Of a stretch of DNA of 58,666 bases, positions 48,654 to 56,620 are shown piece by piece. This stretch comes from a virus. A model generated the notes under the pieces. That model searched no databases, was not told where the DNA came from, and was given only the letters and a program-made list of their open reading frames with translations. A program made the position numbers and the translations under genes. The DNA lies in the UHGV virus genome UHGV-1373577. The stretch is one strand, 5' to 3'. Positions within the stretch are counted from its first letter, which is position 1. Every line of letters begins with the position of its first letter.

Positions 48654-49378
48654 TTCTCGCTCCTATTGTTGGCTTCCAGACTCTCCCTCACCCGGTTCAG
48701 CAGAGCCTTGATGACGTCCTCGCTCTCGCTCGACAGGCCCGTGGGTCGCTCACCGGGGCAGAACTCGACGGCGTCGGGGTTCCCGTCGGGGGCGGGACGG
48801 ACGTCGACGCGCCCGAAGGCGTAGACGGTGACGATCTTGACCGGCAGGTAGCACTCCCTGTCCCAGATCCGGAACTCCGTGCTATCGTCGCGCTTCTCCG
48901 TCGACGTGATGGTGATCCGCCAACTGCGCGGATCCCAGGAGTTGAGCACGTTGCTCACCCACCGTCTCGCCTTCTCATAGGCGATGAGCCGCACAGCACT
49001 GCCCAGCCGGGTCTGCACCGAGCGCCAGCACCCCTCCTCCCACACGTCGACGAGGAACGTCGCCTCCTCGGGGTTCACGTTGGGGTTGAACCAGAAGACC
49101 CGCCCTGCGTCGATGACCAGGTGGTTGTAGAAGCCGGTCTCGTTCTCCAGCCACGCCCGCAGGACCTTGTCGACGATCCAGCCGACGGTGCAGTCTTCCC
49201 CGATCTCGCGCTCCTCGCCCGACTCGTGCTCCACGATCAGGTCGAACTCGGGCGCGACCTCGAAGTCCAGCCCCGAGAAGCCCACGGGGGTGATCCTGTT
49301 CTCCTGTCCTTCGGACGCCAGCGCCCCGTCCAGGCCCGGGGGCAGCGTCGACTTGATGTCGTCCCATGCGGCGCTCAT
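48650..49378 (-). CDS. Hypothetical protein.
   Basis: Inner start MSAAWDDIKS. About 243 aa. The upstream listed extension looks like GC-frame readthrough. Confidence 0.4.
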   Translation of the reverse strand: MSAAWDDIKSTLPPGLDGALASEGQENRITPVGFSGLDFEVAPEFDLIVEHESGEEREIGEDCTVGWIVDKVLRAWLENETGFYNHLVIDAGRVFWFNPNVNPEEATFLVDVWEEGCWRSVQTRLGSAVRLIAYEKARRWVSNVLNSWDPRSWRITITSTEKRDDSTEFRIWDRECYLPVKIVTVYAFGRVDVRPAPDGNPDAVEFCPGERPTGLSSESEDVIKALLNRVRESLEANNRSEK

Positions 49379-49974
49379 CGGTTCTCCTTCGCAGCGTAGA
49401 GCAGGTCGTTCATAGCGGTGAATGAGTACGTGATCCCGTGCCCGCCGGTGAGGTACCGGATCATGTTCGGCGTGGACTCCTTGGTCACCTGGAGGGGGAG
49501 GTCGTCGTCCAGGTCCATGGCGAAGTCGCCGACCCAGCACCACGCCGCGAACCGGCGGACCGCGTCCCGGTACTCGCGCAGGTCCGTGGTGTTCACGTCC
49601 AGGCTCTCCGTCATGCTGTCCGTCGACCAGCACAGGCCGTCCATGTCGTCCCAGACCAGCGGCAGGTCCCCGACGAGGACGTTCAGGGCCGAGTGGTACA
49701 CGGCCAGGGCGATGCTGCGGGCGTATCCCGTCTCGTAGGGAATAGGCCTGACGGGGCGGCCCTTGAGCGGGGTGAAGACCTCCTCCCCCGCGTCCTCACC
49801 GATGACGCCGAGCACCCGGTCGCAGCCCACACCGCGCAGGGTGACGACGCCGGTGTTCAGGTCGAGGCGCAGCATGCGCACGATCGCCTCCGTCGGAATG
49901 TTCGCCAGGACCTGCATCCAGATCCGGGTGCGCTCGTCGAACGTGTCCCAAGTGATCTCCTCAAGCGCCATCAC
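49375..49974 (-). CDS. Hypothetical protein.
   Basis: 199-aa ORF. ATGA overlap with the upstream gene. Confidence 0.4.
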   Translation of the reverse strand: MMALEEITWDTFDERTRIWMQVLANIPTEAIVRMLRLDLNTGVVTLRGVGCDRVLGVIGEDAGEEVFTPLKGRPVRPIPYETGYARSIALAVYHSALNVLVGDLPLVWDDMDGLCWSTDSMTESLDVNTTDLREYRDAVRRFAAWCWVGDFAMDLDDDLPLQVTKESTPNMIRYLTGGHGITYSFTAMNDLLYAAKENR

Positions 49975-50279
49975 TTCTCCTCCTTCTCCTCCCGGTCGCG
50001 GACGGCCTCGTGCAGGACCAGGAAGTTGGCGAGGGCGACGATCATCTGGTCCTCCCGTCGGCTGCCGCGCTGGAAGGTGATCCTGCCGCCGTTGTCGTCA
50101 TTGTGGTCATGGTGCATCGTGGCGATGCTGTTCTCCCCGGCCGGGGCCAGGTGGATGATCGCGTGCGCTCCACCGGACCCGGGGATCTCGATACGGGCAT
50201 AGGAGCGGACGCCTCCCATGACTCGTGCCGAGGGCGCGTCCCTGGTGATCCCGGCGATGATCTGCTGAAGTGTTCTCAA
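49971..50279 (-). CDS. Hypothetical protein (TTG start).
   Basis: 102-aa ORF. RBS GGAGGAAGAGGAATGAG precedes the TTG. Confidence 0.35.
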   Translation of the reverse strand: MRTLQQIIAGITRDAPSARVMGGVRSYARIEIPGSGGAHAIIHLAPAGENSIATMHHDHNDDNGGRITFQRGSRREDQMIVALANFLVLHEAVRDREEKEEK

Positions 50280-50330
50280 GGCTCTCTTCTCATTCCTCTT
50301 CCTCCGGTTCGCAGCTCTTCCGCGAACCCG

Positions 50331-50372
50331 TGCCGGACGGGGGAGTCGAACCCCCGCTTCGACCGTCCCGGC
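50331..50372 (-). ncRNA. tRNA-like minihelix B (42 nt). Acceptor-like stem GCCGG(G)AC/GTCCGGC with one bulge, 9-nt joiner, T-arm GGGGG-TTCGACT-CCCCC.
   Basis: Read on the - strand between the stop at 50385 and the start at 50279. Confidence 0.4.
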
Positions 50373-50384
50373 TAATGTGGGCTC

Positions 50385-50828
50385 TCACCACACGTAGATG
50401 GTTACCTTGTCCGTGGCGCCGTCGACGGTGCGGTGGCAGTCGACGCAGACGGCTCCCACCCAGGACGGGTCCGGTACGGTCCCGACCTTGCGCGCCTCGT
50501 ACTTGTGCTGTGCCTCATGCCGGGGGCACAGCGGACCGTATCGGCGGTTCCCGTCGTCGGTCCAGTTCTGGGGCAGGACGACAAAGCCCTCTGCGTTCAG
50601 GGCGGCCGTCAGGAAGTCCCGGGTCACGGGTTCGGCCAGCGGGTTCCTCCCGTCGTACGGCTTGCGACCCAGGAGGTCGTTGGCGAGGCGTCGCAGGCCC
50701 TCCCAGGTGAGCACGTGGTCGGCCCACGACGGGGCCGGGTTCCACTCGGGGCTCGTGTCCACGTTCAGCGCCTCGACGATCCGCTCGATGAGCGCGTCGG
50801 AGCCGGTCCTGGCCTCGTTCTCGTTCAT
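50385..50828 (-). CDS. Hypothetical Cys/His-rich protein (possible zinc binding).
   Basis: CPRHEAQHKY...CVDCH cluster. 147 aa. Confidence 0.4.
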   Translation of the reverse strand: MNENEARTGSDALIERIVEALNVDTSPEWNPAPSWADHVLTWEGLRRLANDLLGRKPYDGRNPLAEPVTRDFLTAALNAEGFVVLPQNWTDDGNRRYGPLCPRHEAQHKYEARKVGTVPDPSWVGAVCVDCHRTVDGATDKVTIYVW

Positions 50829-50839
50829 TGCTCTCTCTT

Positions 50840-51148
50840 TCAGTGGCGTTCCGCGTACAGGGCGCCATAAAGGGACGCCCGGATCTCCCGGTCCAGACGG
50901 TAGGTGCGCTCCTCATGCACGAAGACCCTGTCCGACTGCCGGATGAATGCGCTCCGAACACCGGTGATCTCATCGTCGTCCAGCGGGAACAGCGCCAGGC
51001 GGATGATGAGATCCGGTCGGATCCCCTCGGGAGCACCCCCGTCCTCGAAGATGAACCGGAGGGCGTCCCTCGCCTCGTTCAGGTTTCCCGCGAGCAGCGC
51101 GTCCCGGACAAGCCGGGCCTGCTCGTGCAGCCAGGTGGTCAGGTTCAT
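50840..51148 (-). CDS. Hypothetical protein.
   Basis: 102-aa ORF with RBS GAGAGGAAGTATC. Confidence 0.35.
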   Translation of the reverse strand: MNLTTWLHEQARLVRDALLAGNLNEARDALRFIFEDGGAPEGIRPDLIIRLALFPLDDDEITGVRSAFIRQSDRVFVHEERTYRLDREIRASLYGALYAERH

Positions 51149-51183
51149 GATGATACTTCCTCTCTTATCGGTTGAGTTGGTCG

Positions 51184-51237
51184 TGCTCCCGGCGGGGCTC
51201 GAACCCGCTTCGCGGCCTTGACGTTCACGACGGGAGC
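51184..51237 (-). ncRNA. tRNA-like minihelix C (54 nt). Acceptor GCTCCCG/CGGGAGC, 22-nt joiner, T-arm GCGGG-TTCGAGC-CCCGC.
   Basis: Perfect 7-bp and 5-bp helices, read on the - strand. Followed by an A discriminator. Confidence 0.45.
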
Positions 51238-51246
51238 TACCGGGGC

Positions 51247-51285
51247 GGGCGAGTATGGAAATCTCGTCCCGCCCCGGCTCGGTTT
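51247..51285. terminator. Strong hairpin (14 bp with a 1-nt bulge) followed by TTTTT on the + strand. Abuts the stop of - gene 51287..52003.
   Basis: ccggggcgggcgag-tatggaaat-ctcgtcccgccccgg then ctcggttttt. The 20-mer gagtatggaaatctcgtccc recurs at 56289-56308. Confidence 0.45.
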
Positions 51286-51286
51286 T

Positions 51287-52003
51287 TCAGGCGTCGGCGT
51301 AGACCCGCAGGGCCGGGGCCAGATCGACCTCAGTGGGCACGGGGATGACGGCACCGTCCTCGTACTCCTCCCGAACCCCGCCGCGCGGGGTTCCGTCCGC
51401 GGCCCACAGGAAGACAACGACATAGCCGTCCCGCTTCGGCGTGAAGCGGGCCAGGACTCCCCCGTCGAGGGAGTTACGTGAGAAGTCCGTGCGAATGGTC
51501 TCGGGCACGACATTCCCCAGCCGCCAGCCGACATACCCATCGGCGGGCGACGCACCGGCCTCAAGGGCTCGGTCGACATCGGCCAGGACCGCGTTCAGGT
51601 TCTCCCACGGCATGTCGTTGCCCTTACGCCGGGCGAACACGACATGGGCAGGGATCACGCCCCACGGCGTCTCAAGGGAACCCGGCTCATCGCCGAGGAA
51701 GAACCTCCCGGCGTCGCCGCGGTCCTGGACGAGCCAGGACGAGACGAGCAGGGATGCGATCCGCTCCCGGACTTGGGCCACGGTGGGGCGGGCGTCGCCG
51801 TCCCAGTACACGGCGTCCTGACCTTCCTGGCCGTCCCAGCCCGGCTGGAAAGCAAGGACGCCCTCGTCCGCGTAGAACCCGGGCGGGGCGTAGTAAGGCA
51901 TCCGTTTGAGCTCCTCGTAGGGGCGCAGAATCCCGCCCCCGAGAAGCGGTCCGACTTCGTCCCACTGGGACGGGTCGACAATGCGGTTCTCAACCGTGTT
52001 CAT
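51287..52003 (-). CDS. Hypothetical protein.
   Basis: 238-aa ORF with RBS GAAGAGAGGAAGACAC. Confidence 0.45.
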   Translation of the reverse strand: MNTVENRIVDPSQWDEVGPLLGGGILRPYEELKRMPYYAPPGFYADEGVLAFQPGWDGQEGQDAVYWDGDARPTVAQVRERIASLLVSSWLVQDRGDAGRFFLGDEPGSLETPWGVIPAHVVFARRKGNDMPWENLNAVLADVDRALEAGASPADGYVGWRLGNVVPETIRTDFSRNSLDGGVLARFTPKRDGYVVVFLWAADGTPRGGVREEYEDGAVIPVPTEVDLAPALRVYADA

Positions 52004-52023
52004 TGTGTCTTCCTCTCTTCCTT

Positions 52024-52320
52024 TCAGTACCCGAAGAGGACCTGTTCAAGCGCGTCGGTCAGCTCCCGACGCAGGCCGTCCTCCGTGGGGCCGAAAACCT
52101 CATCGCCGTGCAGACGCACAGCCACGAGCGCGGCGTTGGCTTCCTGCGGGGCCAGGTCATGCACGGCAAGCCGGGCCACAACGCCCGCCGGGATCGTGGG
52201 GAAGGCCGTCAGATGGGTGATGGCCCGGCGCAGATCGCGGTAGTCCCCGGTGCGCAGGGACAGGTAGGCCATGCGGGCCTGTTCGACAACGGCCTGCGTT
52301 GTGGCGGCATTCGTGCTCAT
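52024..52320 (-). CDS. Hypothetical protein.
   Basis: 98-aa ORF. Confidence 0.35.
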   Translation of the reverse strand: MSTNAATTQAVVEQARMAYLSLRTGDYRDLRRAITHLTAFPTIPAGVVARLAVHDLAPQEANAALVAVRLHGDEVFGPTEDGLRRELTDALEQVLFGY

Positions 52321-52358
52321 TGTTTTCCTCCCGGTTTTCGTGGGTGTGTGAGTGTTGC

Positions 52359-52643
52359 TCAGCGGGCGGCCCGACGGGCACGGTGGTCCCGGATGGCCTT
52401 GTACTCGTTCAGGAACGCCCGGGACCAGTACCGCAGACTGGGCAGAGGATCCCAGTCCCCAGTCTTGCGTCCCTTGCGGGCGGCCTGAAACAGGACGTCT
52501 CCCGCCGCCTTGAAGTCCTCATCATTCTTCAGGCGGTACAGCCAAAGGCCGTACTCGCCGATGCCCCTGCGTCCAAACTTAATGGTTTCGTGCAGGTAGT
52601 CATTCGTTACCTGTACGATCCACTCCCGGGTTTGGGCGTCCAT
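52359..52643 (-). CDS. Hypothetical protein.
   Basis: 94-aa ORF with RBS GAAAGGAAGAGAC. Confidence 0.4.
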   Translation of the reverse strand: MDAQTREWIVQVTNDYLHETIKFGRRGIGEYGLWLYRLKNDEDFKAAGDVLFQAARKGRKTGDWDPLPSLRYWSRAFLNEYKAIRDHRARRAAR

Positions 52644-52689
52644 TGTCTCTTCCTTTCAGTTGTGTGCCGTACGGATTGCACGACATTCG

Positions 52690-52734
52690 TGCCCCGGGCC
52701 CGCGACGAACGGGCGATGGTTCTCCCTCCGGGGC
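52690..52734 (-). ncRNA. tRNA-like minihelix F (45 nt). Acceptor GCCCCGG/CCGGGGC, 13-nt joiner, T-arm GCCCG-TTCGTCG-CGGGC.
   Basis: Perfect helices, read on the - strand. A discriminator. Preceded by the GNRA-type hairpin GCGGGAC-GAAA-GTCCGC. Confidence 0.4.
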
Positions 52735-52740
52735 TGCCGT

Positions 52741-52780
52741 AGCGGACTTTCGTCCCGCGCCGGCTCGATTTTTGGGGCTC
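52741..52780. terminator. Hairpin gcggac-tttc-gtcccgc followed by gccggctcgattttt on the + strand. Parallels the 51247 element.
   Basis: Direct reading. T-tract on the + strand only. Confidence 0.35.
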
Positions 52781-53138
52781 AGCCCCGGTTCTGGCGCCAG
52801 ATGACGTAGCTAGTGCCCGTGCGGTTCCCGCGATCCTGGGCGTCCCAGTAACAACCGTCATAGGACGCGGGGATAGCCTCGTCCCCCGCCTCATCGGTGA
52901 GGCAGGCGGCGACCGGCACCCAAGCACAGTCCTCGGCTCCCGCGGTAGAAGTCTCGAAGCACCGGGGCGCCAAGTGGGTGGGTTCAGTCCCGGCCGGGGC
53001 GGCCGTCGTGACGACGGCGGGAGCCGGCTGGGTGGTCGGGGCGGGCTCCCCCGACGCGATAAGGGCGACGACGCCGGCGGCCATTCCGCCTGCGAGGACG
53101 AGCGCCGCCGCCACTGGGGCGGCGTCACGGATGTTCAT
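52779..53138 (-). CDS. Secreted / membrane-anchored Cys-containing protein.
   Basis: N-terminal hydrophobic AAPVAAALVLAGGMAAGVVALIA. Four Cys in the mature part. Confidence 0.4.
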   Translation of the reverse strand: MNIRDAAPVAAALVLAGGMAAGVVALIASGEPAPTTQPAPAVVTTAAPAGTEPTHLAPRCFETSTAGAEDCAWVPVAACLTDEAGDEAIPASYDGCYWDAQDRGNRTGTSYVIWRQNRG

Positions 53139-53175
53139 TTGGGTTCTCTCTCTTCGATTGGTGGGTGGGTGCTTA

Positions 53176-53526
53176 TCAGGCGCGACGGGTCAGCCCGTCG
53201 CAGCCGATGACGGTTCCGTCCTCGTCCCGGAGCAGGCGCCCCGGGCTCATAAGGTCCCCGCGGCTCGCCGGGGCGGCGTCACTAACCGCCTTGGCGACGA
53301 TGAGGATCACGTCCTCCTCGGGCTCGGGGAGACCAACGATCTCCCGCGGGCTCCCGGCCACGCTAATCTGGACTTCGTGTCCGGCGATATTGGTCTGCTC
53401 GGGCGGGAGCCGGTCATACACGACGCGCGCGGCGCCCCGCTCATCCGGCGGGATGACGACGGTGGCCCCGTCCAGCGCCTTGATGCTCAGCGCGTGGGGC
53501 GTGAGGTTACGGTAGATCGTGGTCAT
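53176..53526 (-). CDS. Hypothetical protein.
   Basis: 116-aa ORF with RBS GAAGAGAGAAGAACC. Confidence 0.4.
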   Translation of the reverse strand: MTTIYRNLTPHALSIKALDGATVVIPPDERGAARVVYDRLPPEQTNIAGHEVQISVAGSPREIVGLPEPEEDVILIVAKAVSDAAPASRGDLMSPGRLLRDEDGTVIGCDGLTRRA

Positions 53527-53888
53527 GGTTCTCTTCTCTCTTCGGTTGTGGGCCGCATTGTTGCGGAGCGCCGATCTTTCAGGCGCATCCCCGCTTGCGC
53601 GGGGTTAAAGGTGGGTTGGGTTCAGGCGCTGGCGGCCGCGCGCTCGAAGAATCGGGCGATGGCGTCCCGGTCCTCGATCGGGGCGCTGTGGCCGCGACGG
53701 TCGGTAATGCCGTCTCCGAGGATCGTGAAGGCGCCGATCACGCGGCCCCGGTAGAGCGCATTCCCGTTGCCGGTCACACCGGCTTCGGGGATGATGCTCC
53801 GGAGGTAGTCCCCGCGCCGCGCTGGGTGGGGACAGTGGCCCTGGTATTCATTTTCGGTTCCTCTCTTCGAAGGTGCTGCGTTTCAGCG

Positions 53889-53942
53889 CGCCCGGGCGCG
53901 GGATCGAACCGCACTGCGTCCTCCGCCGTGGGGCGGCCGGGC
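53889..53942 (-). ncRNA. tRNA-like minihelix D (54 nt). Acceptor GCCCGGC/CCCGGGC (6 of 7 bp), joiner with a CGCC-CCAC-GGCG hairpin, T-arm TGCGG-TTCGATC-CCGCG.
   Basis: Read on the - strand between the stop at 53951 and the tiny ORF start at 53870. Confidence 0.35.
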
Positions 53943-53950
53943 CGATAGGG

Positions 53951-54676
53951 TCAGAGATAGTAGTCGTGTTCACGCAGGTAGGCGTCCGCGGCCTCGATCA
54001 CGGGCCGCACGATATCGTCCATATCCCGCCAGTCGACGGGCTCAGTGCGCCCGGGGCGCATCATGTGGGCGCCGCCGTCGGGCCCGGTGAGGGTGACGCT
54101 GCCGTCATCCTTCCAGTCGACGGAGATGATGACGACGCCGCAGTCCCCGTAGCTCTTCCCGTTCCTGCGCACCACAGAGGCGCCCTTGGTGGCCGCCTCG
54201 ATCGCGTGCTCAATGGTCCTGGCCGCCGCGCACGCCGCGGCCCGGCGCAGCCGACGCCGAATCTGCGCCACAGTGCGCAGACGATCGTCGCCCAGACCCA
54301 GGATCACGCCTCCGGCGCCGATGGGCGCCGTGATCACTCGGCCGCCCTGGCGGTCGGTCCCGCACGTGCGCAGTCCGCCGCCCGCTTCGGCGGCCAGATA
54401 GCGGGCTGCGAGTGCGGCGATCGCCCACGGGGCGTCGTCGTCGGCCAGACGGATGGCGTCCCCGCCGTCCGCGGGATAGAGGACGGCGTCATCCTTGGCG
54501 CCGCTGAGATACCCGAGGATGGGCCGTTTCGGCGTCCCGAGCCGGATCACGGCGTCGGCGCCGTCGGCGGAGAGATTGTGAACAAGGCCGCCCCGGATTG
54601 CGAGTGCCGGGGCGATATCCGCGATCCGCAGCCGCAGGTCGGCCACAGCGGTACGGTAGCAGGTCTTGAGGTTCAT
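53951..54676 (-). CDS. Hypothetical protein.
   Basis: Start MNLKTCYRTAV after RBS GAAAGGAACCGAAAA. About 241 aa. Confidence 0.4.
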   Translation of the reverse strand: MNLKTCYRTAVADLRLRIADIAPALAIRGGLVHNLSADGADAVIRLGTPKRPILGYLSGAKDDAVLYPADGGDAIRLADDDAPWAIAALAARYLAAEAGGGLRTCGTDRQGGRVITAPIGAGGVILGLGDDRLRTVAQIRRRLRRAAACAAARTIEHAIEAATKGASVVRRNGKSYGDCGVVIISVDWKDDGSVTLTGPDGGAHMMRPGRTEPVDWRDMDDIVRPVIEAADAYLREHDYYL

Positions 54677-55250
54677 TTTTCGGTTCCTTTCGGAATTGGG
54701 TGGGGATGATAATGGGTGCCCGGTCCTCTTCTGACAGAGTCCTCTCGTCACCATGCGGGTGACCGGGGCGGTTCTGAGCCGTCCGCTCGGTGTTACCGGG
54801 CCGCGTATTTCGTCTTAAATCCGTTCATCTCACGCCCCAGGACCGTTCTGGGCGTCCCACGACATATGATGATACGGGCTCCCGGTCCCCTTGGGGACCG
54901 GTCCTGCGCATCGTCGTGGGCGTCCGCACGGCCCTATGGGCACGGATCGCGTCTGGCTCGCCAGCCGCTCGCGGTAATTTTTAACCGTCTATTGCATTAC
55001 CGCGAATATGTAGTTCTCAATCTTCCCGGGGTAAGGATGAGACCGGAGGACTTCGTCCTCGCTCTCTTCCTCCCCTTTGTGATGACTCCAGTCTAGCGCG
55101 CCTGTTGGGGTTTGTCTATGCTTGATTCTGTGTTCTACGTCTCTTTGAGGTTTGAGGTTCAAACTCGGGAGTTCGTCCGCCGGATGGCGGGGCCGACAAA
55201 TGCTCGTCCTGTTCGCGCGCTATGCAGTTGTGCTGAGTCGCGCCCGCCGG

Positions 55251-55303
55251 AGGAATCGAACCCCCGGGCCCGCCGTCATGGGCGACGGCGGGCGACCATC
55301 CGG
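55251..55303 (-). ncRNA. tRNA-like minihelix E (53 nt). Acceptor GCCCGCC/GGCGGGC, joiner with a CGCC-CATGAC-GGCG hairpin, T-arm GGGGG-TTCGATT-CCTCC (one G-U pair).
   Basis: Read on the - strand, 14 nt after the stop of gene 55317..55655. Confidence 0.4.
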
Positions 55304-55316
55304 GCTGTAGCGGGGC

Positions 55317-55655
55317 TCAGTCCTCGGCCGGGGCGAAGAGCATGCGCACGATCTCCCGGCGCGCCCGGTCACTCGGAGCGATGCCCGTCAGCCGGACGAT
55401 GGCGCGGGCCGGGAGCTCCGAGACCAGGGAGACCACCTGGGGCAGCGTGAGGTTCTGGGTAATGGCGCGGTAGCCGCCCTCATCCATGGCGTCCTGCCAC
55501 TGGGCGGCGATATCGCCGTCGGGATCGGTGAGGATCGCGAAGGCGTCCTCATAGAGGCGCCCGATGAGGGGAGTCATGCCGTCCTGGCGGATGGTCCAGT
55601 GGGCGAGTGGGAAGCCGTACATCTGGGCCGGCTGGGTGATGCTCCCGGGGTTCAT
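55317..55655 (-). CDS. Hypothetical protein (first gene of the leftward block).
   Basis: 112-aa ORF with RBS GAAGGGAACACCGAG. Confidence 0.4.
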   Translation of the reverse strand: MNPGSITQPAQMYGFPLAHWTIRQDGMTPLIGRLYEDAFAILTDPDGDIAAQWQDAMDEGGYRAITQNLTLPQVVSLVSELPARAIVRLTGIAPSDRARREIVRMLFAPAED

Positions 55656-56389
55656 CTCGGTGTTCCCTTCGATCGGTGCTCCTTGCTGACGGGTATAAAT
55701 GTACTCGCCCCGTGAGGGCTGGTCAAGGGGTGAGGGCGGTTGTGGAGCGTGTTCTGCGTCTCATTTTGAGTTGGGGGCGGGGATGAGGGCACGACTCACT
55801 TCGTGATCTCGACAATCCCCGGGGCGCACGGATGATGCTCGTCAGTTTCACGTGAAACATATGAGTAGGGAATGGCGGGGTATGGGGCGGGGAGTCGACA
55901 TGCGCTTGGCTGCCTTGCGTGCTCCTGCGTCGCACGCGCGTCTCGCCAGCGCGTGACCTAGAGCACATAGAAGCGGGGATGCACAAGGATGGGGGTAAGG
56001 CAAGGGACAAAAGTCCCGAAGAGAGGATTGGGTTGGTTGGGGGTAGGGCGAAAGTTTCGGGTAGCCGAAACATGGTATGTGTGACGTAGGTATGTGCGGC
56101 GTGGTATTACGTCTGGCGTATCATCCTCGGGGAGGAGAAGTGTGATGGAGAAGACATACATTTGGGGGTAGACAGAATGACTTGGGTATGCTATGGAGAA
56201 TGAGATGGGGATCACAGGGGATGAGGGTTGAAGATAACGTTGTTATGTGTATGTGTGAGTAGCAATCTCGCGTGAGGGTGGGTTGGGAGTATGGAAATCT
56301 CGTCCCAAAAATAGTGAAGTTCGGGTAAATGTGACTTGGACCATATGCATAAAGATACGGTTGAGTGCATATTGCGTTATCTTCGTAAT

Positions 56390-56465
56390 AGATGATGATG
56401 ATGATGATGATGATAGATGATGATTGATGATATATGATAGATGATAATAGATGATAGACGATGAC
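56390..56465. repeat. (GATGAT)n microsatellite degenerating into GATAGATGA variants.
   Basis: gatgatgatgatgatgatgatgatagatgatgattgatgatatatgatagatgataatagatgatagacgatgac. Confidence 0.8.
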
Positions 56466-56525
56466 TATATTTGGTAAACGATAGTCTTTAATCCTGCGTT
56501 TACTATTTCCTGTTCAACGCTAAAT

Positions 56526-56620
56526 GTGACCTAAGTTACGTTATCTATTTTTGACTTTGTGACCTGGGTTACGTTAACTATTCTTGATTGTGGCCTGGCT
56601 CACGTTTATCTATATTTGAC
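56526..56620. repeat. Three tandem iteron-like repeats of about 32 bp (GTGACCTRRGTTACGTTAWCTATTYTTGA).
   Basis: gtgacctaagttacgttatctatttttgac / gtgacctgggttacgttaactattcttgat / gtggcctggctcacgtttatctatatttgac. Confidence 0.7.

Noticed and set aside
47050-55303. Calling the T-arm-containing elements bona fide tRNA genes.
   Set aside because: None has a canonical D arm or a 5-bp anticodon stem with a U33-containing 7-nt loop. Five are only 42-54 nt long. Element A is 73 nt but has CC at positions 8-9 and the anticodon-loop-like sequence GCGGAGG.
56526-56620. CRISPR array.
   Set aside because: The three 32-bp repeats are directly tandem with no unique spacers, are imperfect, and there are no cas genes. 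This is more consistent with iterons.
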